Below are positions 57,531 through 64,000 of a stretch of DNA of 64,000 nt, in pieces. The translations under genes and the position numbers were made by a program. The stretch is from NCBI GenBank assembly GCA_002269645.1, contig NIVC01002714.1, forward strand, positions 1 to 64,000, read 5' to 3'. Source of the DNA: Macrostomum lignano (Eukaryota). The notes under the pieces are model-generated. The model saw nothing but the letters and a program-made list of their open reading frames with translations. It searched no databases and was not told where the DNA came from. Numbering within the stretch: position 1 is the stretch's first letter; every line of letters starts with the position of its first letter.

Positions 57531-58128
57531 CGCCAAACAGCCTGGAGTACGGCGAGCTCTCATCCTCGCTGATGTAGAAGTCGGCCAGGGCGCTCAAGAA
57601 GTCCTCCTTCGCCACGGCTCCATCGCGCTGCATCAGCTCGAACATCTCGTCCCTGGCGCGGTCGCCGATGCCTCAGGCCTCGGTGAAGATCCGGTACTCC
57701 TCGCGCGAGATCCTCTCGTCGCCGTTGTGGTCCATCGCCTTGAACAGCTCCTGGCCGTAGCGGGTGACGTCATCGCGCAGCGGGCCGTTGACCATCCGGC
57801 ACTTCTGCGCCACGTACTGGTCGGCGCTGATGCCGGAGCCGCCCTCCCTCGGCCTGTAGTAGTCATCCCAGATCCTCAGCATCACCGCCCTGACGTCCTC
57901 GGCGCGCTGGCCCGACAGGCCGCCCAGGCGGACCATCTCGTCGCCGATGGCGCGGAAGTCGTCGCGGGTCAGCAGCCCGGAGCCGCTGCGGTTCATCCGG
58001 CGGAAACTCGTGCGCAGCTTCCGCTGCCAGAAGTCGCCGAAGCCGTTCGGCGGGTAGTCGGCGGGACGGCGCGGCTTTGGCTTCGTGGCATCCACGGCTG
58101 ACGGGCTGGGGCTGATGGCGGAACTCAT
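57520..58128 (-). CDS. Sarcoplasmic calcium-binding protein (invertebrate SCP-type EF-hand) with an in-frame TGA at codon 152
   Basis: DFWQRKLRTSFRRMNRSGSGLLTRDDF, IWDDY..GGSGIS, canonical EF loop DHNGDERISREE; collinear with annelid SCP as recalled. Homology continues for 50 codons after TGA (57675-57673) to a stop at 57522-57520. A 5' non-coding exon ends at a GTGAGT donor at 60420. Confidence 0.85.
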
Positions 58129-58133
58129 TGCTG

Positions 58134-59290
58134 CCTGCTGAGGGCAGGGGAGAGTCACTGACTGCTGAGGGTCAGGAGAGAGAGTCACTGACTGCTGAGG
58201 GTCAGGAGAGAGAGTCACTGACTGCTGAGGGTCAGGGGAGAGAGTCACTGACTGCTGGGGGTAAGGGGAGAGAGTCACTGACTGCTGAGGGTCAGGGGAG
58301 AGAGTCACTGACTGCTGAGGGTCAGGGGAGAGAGTCACTGACTGCTGAGGGTCAGGGGAGAGAGTCACTGACTGCTGAGGGTCAGGGAGAGAGTCACTGA
58401 CTGCTGAGGGTCAGGGGAGAGAGTCACTGACTGCTGAGGGTCAGGGGAGAGAGTCACTGACTGCTGAGGGTCAGGGGAGAGAGTCACTGACTGCTGAGGG
58501 ACAGGGGAGAGAGTCACTGACTGCTGAGGGTCAGGGGAGAGAGTCACTGACTGCTGAGGGTCAGGGGAGAGAGTCACTGACTGCTGAGGGACAGGGGAGA
58601 GAGTCACTGACTGCTGAGGGTCAGGGGAGAGAGTCACTGACTGCTGAGGGACAGGGGAGAGAGTCACTGACTGCTGAGGGACAGGGGAGAGAGTCACTGA
58701 CTGCTGAGGGTCAGGGGAGAGAGTCACTGACTGCTGAGGGACAGGGGAGAGAGTCACTGACTGCTGAGGGTCAGGGGAGAGAGTCACTGACTGCTGAGGG
58801 TCAGGGGAGAGAGTCACTGACTGCTGAGGGTCAGGGGAGAGAGTCACTGACTGCTGAGGGTCAGGGGAGAGAGTCACTGACTGCTGAGGGTCAGGGGAGA
58901 AAGTCACTGACTGCTGAGGGTCAGGGGAGAGAGTCACTGACTGCTGAGGGACAGGGGAGAGAGTCACTGACTGCTGAGGGACAGGGGAGAGAGTCACTGA
59001 CTGCTGAGGGTCAGGGGAGAGAGTCACTGACTGCTGAGGGACAGGGGAGAGAGTCACTGACTGCTGAGGGTCAGGGGAGAGAGTCACTGACTGCTGAAGG
59101 TCAGGGGAGAGAGTCACTGACTGCTGAGGGACAGGGGAGAGAGTCACTGACTGCTGAGGGTCAGGGGAGAGAGTCACTGACTGGTGAGGGTCAGGGGAGA
59201 GAGTCACTGACTGCTGAGGGTCAGGGGAGAGAGTCACTGACTGCTGAAGGTCAGGGGAGAGAGTCACTGACTGCTGAGGGTCAGGGGGAG
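58134..59290. repeat. 30-bp minisatellite (minus strand TCAGTGACTCTCTCCCCTGACCCTCAGCAG), about 38 units
   Basis: Directly upstream of the SCP ATG. Confidence 0.97.
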
Positions 59291-59919
59291 AATCACTGAC
59301 TCTGCTGACTGCTGTGCTCAAGCCTTAAGGGATCAAACTGTAAGGGATAAAGTTATCAATGCCAGAAGATCAAGAGTTCTCAGAAAGGTCCAGCAGCCGC
59401 AGTTCGAACCCTCCTGAACCCGCCAGTCACGATGGCCTCAAAGAAGTCTAGCGGGCAGACCGGCAGCCAATGTTTGACTGGCTTCAGGTGTTCGGCTAAT
59501 CGTATGGCAAAAAATTAAATAAAAAATCCGCTTCCAGGGCGGCGGGCCAAGTGCTGCTCACTCTGCCATTCAACTCAACCGAAGAAACAAGATTTTCCGT
59601 GGCCAAAAAAGGCAACTCTGGTGTCTGAGAGAGCTGACAGATTTTTTTGCTAAACCTCTTGTAGTGGGCAGAAGAAGCAGTGCGGTTCTCAAGGCTCAAG
59701 GTCTGCGGTTCTGCGGATAAGTTGGGAATGGAATTTCAACTCGCACTGCCCGCACTTTGCTGTGCGGGTTCTGCGAGACTGGTGGGAGGAAATGCAGAAC
59801 TGGAGTGCCGATGAAGGGCAAGGTGGAGAGATGGGACCGGAGATGATGGGAAAAATGTGAGAGGATCGACATGAAGCCGTGTGAGAGGGAGGGAGATGGG
59901 GAGAGTGAGGAGAGGCTTG

Positions 59920-60345
59920 ATGTAGAGTGAGAAGCTGGATGGAGAGTGAGAGGCTGGATGGAGAGTGAGAGGCTGGATGGAGAGTGAGAGGCTGGATGGA
60001 GAGTGAGAGGCTGGATGGAGAGTGAGAGGCTGGATGGAGAGTGAGAGGCTGGATGGAGAGTGAGAGGCTGGATGGAGAGTGAGAGACTGGATGGAGAGTG
60101 AGAGACTGGATGAAGAGTGAGAGGCTGGATGGAGAGTGAGAGACTGGATGAAGAGTGAGAGGCTGGATGGAGAGTGAGAGACTGGATGAAGAGTGAGAGG
60201 CTGGATGGAGAGTGAGAGACTGGATGAAGAGTGAGAGGCTGGATGGAGAGTGAGAGACTGGATGAAGAGTGAGAGGCTGGATGGAGAGTGAGAGACTGGA
60301 TGAAGAGTGAGAGATTGGATGGAGAGTGAGAGACTGGATGGAGAG
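59920..60345. repeat. 19-bp minisatellite (ggatggagagtgagaggct)
   Basis: About 22 units in the SCP 5' intron. Confidence 0.95.
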
Positions 60346-61227
60346 CTTCCACAAGCAGCAGAGTCGACAGTCTGCCGGACCTTCAAAGTCCCGCCAGCGG
60401 CCGCTGCAGCCGAGACTCACCGCTGCTCAAGTCGGGTGTCCGGTCGGTCCTGTCGCGGATTGCAAAGTCGGCGGCTGTCGCGGCTTTGAGTTGGGAAATT
60501 TATCCTCTCAGAATTTAAAGTGGGACAAAATCCCCTAGCCAGAGATTGATTGTGGGAATTGCGGCGGCTGCTCGCTTGCAGAGGATTTTTGGGGAAAACT
60601 GAACGGGATTGGGGAAATTCGCTGGGGGGAGGCCTGAGCCAATGGGATCTCACACGGCTTTGAGGACTGCGCAGACAAACAAAAGCAGCTGTGGAGCAAG
60701 GGCGACGCCACGGAATTGGGGATAAATTTCCTCTTCTATGAGACAAGAACTGGAGACGGCACTGAGGGCTTGGCAGGCCACCAGCCGGACTCAGTCAGCT
60801 CAGGTCGGCAAACACTTCGCGTGCTGGAAACTGAGCCCCCATAACTGCATTTAAAGAAACTGTCATGAGTTGCAAAACAGAGCCTGAGAGAGATGGAGCG
60901 GCCTCATCAGGGGAGGGCAGCGCATTACGGATGCACTGAGCAAATCCAGCGGCCTCCACTGCCGCCAGCCCCGCCCTCTGCCAAGACTTCTTCTAGGAGA
61001 GCATTTCCCGGGCAAATACTTGAGTCTGAGGCCGGGAGACTTAAATCAACACAGCTACAGTTTCTTTCAGCAGATCTGCTGCTCAATCACTGAGGACTGT
61101 TTGCTTTTGCAGTGGAGATTTCTGGCTGCGGCTCATTGCTGCTTTTAGGGGCAAATTGTGGAGCACTGGGCGACATTGATTGATGAGAGCGGCGCGGAAT
61201 GAGCTGGAAGGTAAGAAGGGTTATGGC

Positions 61228-61580
61228 CGGTTCTCCAGGTGGGCGATTCTCCAGGTGGCCGGTTCTCCAGGTGGCCGGTTCTCCAGGTGACCGGTTCTCC
61301 AGGTGGGCGATTCTCCAGATGGGCGATTCTCCAGGTGGCCGGTTCTCCAGGTGACCGGTTCTCCAGGTGGGCGATTCTCCAGATGGGCGATTCTTCAGGT
61401 GGGCGATTCTCCAGGTGACCGGTTCTCCAGGTGGGCGATTCTCCAGGTGGGCGATTCTTCAGGTGGGCGATTCTTCAGGTGGGCGATTCTCCAGGTGGCC
61501 GGTTCTCCAGGTGGCCGGTTCTCCAGGTGGCCGGTTCTCCAGGTGACCGGTTCTCCAGGTGGCCGGTTCTCCAGGTGGGG
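61228..61580. repeat. 16-bp minisatellite (ggcgattctccaggtg / gccggttctccaggtg)
   Basis: Begins shortly after the GTAAGA donor at 61211. Confidence 0.95.
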
Positions 61581-61844
61581 CAATCAAATCGCGGTTCTTG
61601 GAATGACTTGTTCTCAGCAAGCAATAAAAATATAATTATAAGGTGCCATTAGTGAAATATATTAAGGAAGCAGTGAAACAACCTGGATGAATTCCAAAGT
61701 CAGTTTTAATGTCTGTGGTAAGAGGATTTCATAGTCAGGATTTTAATTTGCAATAATGGGAAAGAAATATATGCAATTTCACACTAACAACTGATTTGGC
61801 CTGACTTTGTCCAAAACAGCACGCATTGGACAGCCAACAGACGT

Positions 61845-62040
61845 TCATCACACAGCCATCAGTCACTAATCTGACACAGTCAGCAGTCACTAATCTGACA
61901 CAGCCATCAGTCACTAATTTGACATAGTCAGCAGTCACTAATCTGACACAGTCAGCAGTCACTAATCTGACACAGTCAGCAGTCACTAATCTGACACAGT
62001 CAGCAGTCACTAATCTGACAGGTCAGCAGACAGTCAGCAG
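61845..62040. repeat. 24-bp minisatellite (cagtcagcagtcactaatctgaca)
   Basis: Ends just before the acceptor at 62046-62047. Confidence 0.92.
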
Positions 62041-62054
62041 ACCCCAGCTGAGCA

Positions 62055-62813
62055 ATGTCCTGCTACGTGGGCTCAGGCCAGGGCACAGTCTCCTTCTGCA
62101 TCAACACAGACGAGCGAGCCGAGCTGCCCCTCATCGTGGACCCCCTGCAGGCGGCCAATCTGCATGGCAAGTTCGACCTGCTGGGCCGGTCAATGGACGT
62201 GAAGCAGGCCCTGGACCAGGTGGGCCAGTCCCGACTAACCCTGAAGATCTTCAGTTTCATTGACGCGAACTCCATCCTGATCGGCTTCCTGCTGCCCCTC
62301 ACTGTGCCGCTGATCCACTACGGCATGAAGCTGATCTCCCTGCTGCACCAGAAGTTCCTGCTGCTCACCGACCTGCACCGGATTCTGCTCGGCCCGTTCT
62401 GGCGCGAAGTCTTCCGGATGCCCGTAGAAGCGTCGCTGCACCCGTCCTACTGCATGTACGTCTACTGCTGCGACCTGCTGTGCATCTCCAGCCCGGAGCC
62501 GGACGAGTTCTTCCACCCGGACAATTACGAGGTGTTCACCCGGCTGAGCGAGCTGATCAACCCGCTGGGCTTCAAGATTGTCAACAGAGATCTGCTAGAC
62601 AAGTACGCGGCCGAGGCGAAAGCTCGCGACAGCCTGCTGACGCTGAGCGAGGAGAGCGACGCCGAGATGGAGGAGGCTGGGCTGGGCGAAATGAGCGATG
62701 TAGAGATGCAGCAGTGGATGCTGGAAGACGAGGAGGAGGGCCTCGACTTGGAGGGAGAGGGGATGTGGCAGTTCGGCGATGGGGCAGCCGATCTCGATTT
62801 GGCCGGAGTCTGA
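62055..62813 (+). CDS. Hypothetical 252-aa protein with an acidic C-terminal tail
   Basis: Non-repetitive ORF with strong G/C third-position bias like the neighbouring genes. Preceded by acceptor ccccag and an in-frame TGA; AATAAA near 62888. No family recognised. Confidence 0.7.
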   Translation: MSCYVGSGQGTVSFCINTDERAELPLIVDPLQAANLHGKFDLLGRSMDVKQALDQVGQSRLTLKIFSFIDANSILIGFLLPLTVPLIHYGMKLISLLHQKFLLLTDLHRILLGPFWREVFRMPVEASLHPSYCMYVYCCDLLCISSPEPDEFFHPDNYEVFTRLSELINPLGFKIVNRDLLDKYAAEAKARDSLLTLSEESDAEMEEAGLGEMSDVEMQQWMLEDEEEGLDLEGEGMWQFGDGAADLDLAGV

Positions 62814-63261
62814 GGCCCCCCCCCAAGTAGCAATTAACACGCACCTTTACATACTTAATACTTGGCAATTTCGCTCCAAATTAAGTTAATAAAATGCATT
62901 ACATATTTATTTCTACTGTTGCAAGTAGAAAGTAAAGAGTTTTGCGATAAATTAAAACAACTTTGGCTACGTCTGGTCTCTTTTTTGGCAATCTGATTAT
63001 TGGCAATTTATCTAAATTGACGATGCAATTATTGTTAATTACAAACTGCAATTAATTCTTGATGCAAGAGAAAGCGCTGGACTTAAAAAATGAGTGATTG
63101 CCTTGCACTAATCATATAGAATTCAGGGTTTTTTCGCTTTATGATTTAATAAACTCGTTCATTCGAGGTGTCAATCAATATAATTGTTATTTATATTAAT
63201 TAAATTATTGTAAAGCAATATTAAATGCAATTAAAGATTGAAGTCTACAAAATGCAAACCT

Positions 63262-63966
63262 AACTGTCACACACACAAACCTACCTGTCAGACACACACA
63301 AACCTACCTGTCACACACACGCACACACACACACAAACCTACCTGTCACACACACACAAACCTACCTGTCACACACACACAAACCTACATGTACCTGTCA
63401 CACACACGCACAAACCTACCTGTCACACACACAAACCTACCTGTCACACACACGCACAAACCTACCTGTCACACACACACAAACCTACCTGTCACACAGA
63501 CACACAAACCTACCTGTCACACACACACAAACCTACATGTACCTGTCACACACACGCACAAACCTACCTGTCACACACACAAACCTACCTGTCACACACA
63601 CGCACAAACCTACCTGTCACACACACACAAACCTACCTGTCAGACACACACAAACCTACCTGTCAGACTCATAAACCTACCTGTCAGACACGCACAAACC
63701 TACCTGTCAGACACACACAAACCTACCTGTCAGACACACACAAACCTACCTGTCAGACACACACAAACCTACCTGTCAGACTCACAAACCTACCTGTCAG
63801 ACACACACAAACCTACCTGTCACACACACACAAACCTACCTGTCAGACACACACAAACCTACCTGTCAGACACACACAAACCTACCTGTCAGACACACAC
63901 AAACCTACCTGTCAGACACACACAAACCTACCTGTCAGACACACACAAACCTACCTGTCAGACACA
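63262..63966. repeat. About 23-bp minisatellite with a (CA)n segment (acacacacaaacctacctgtc)
   Basis: About 30 units. Confidence 0.95.
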
Positions 63967-64000
63967 CCAACTTGTTGTTGTTATGCCACCTGTTCAGACA

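Overview
Eukaryotic (animal) genomic DNA, not prokaryotic. It has GC-rich spliced exons with GT-AG introns and AT-rich spacers, and it is saturated with tandem repeats. An invertebrate lophotrochozoan such as a free-living flatworm is plausible, but this is inference only. Genes reconstructed by hand from exon phases and recalled family motifs: TGFBRAP1/Vps3-like, GMPPB, NDUFAF5 and TASP1 (all +, 0.6-26 kb); a Nit-Fhit fusion lacking its 5' exons and RPL35 (both -); a transposon island at about 35.7-51 kb holding a decayed Ty3/Gypsy LTR element and a decayed PIF/Harbinger element; ZFYVE21 (+); a sarcoplasmic Ca-binding EF-hand gene with an in-frame TGA (-); and an unrecognised 252-aa ORF (+). 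A foldback/MULE-like element sits between NDUFAF5 and the main TASP1 exons. Most long ORFs in the track are artefacts of tandem repeats. The most notable patterns: nearly every long intron holds its own minisatellite; one array appears to split the NDUFAF5 start codon from the rest of the gene; five unrelated arrays share a GGGCGATT core; one 29-bp satellite occurs at four loci; there is a candidate trans-spliced operon; and the transposon island is strongly CpG-depleted. All alignments and counts were done by eye and no database searches were run.
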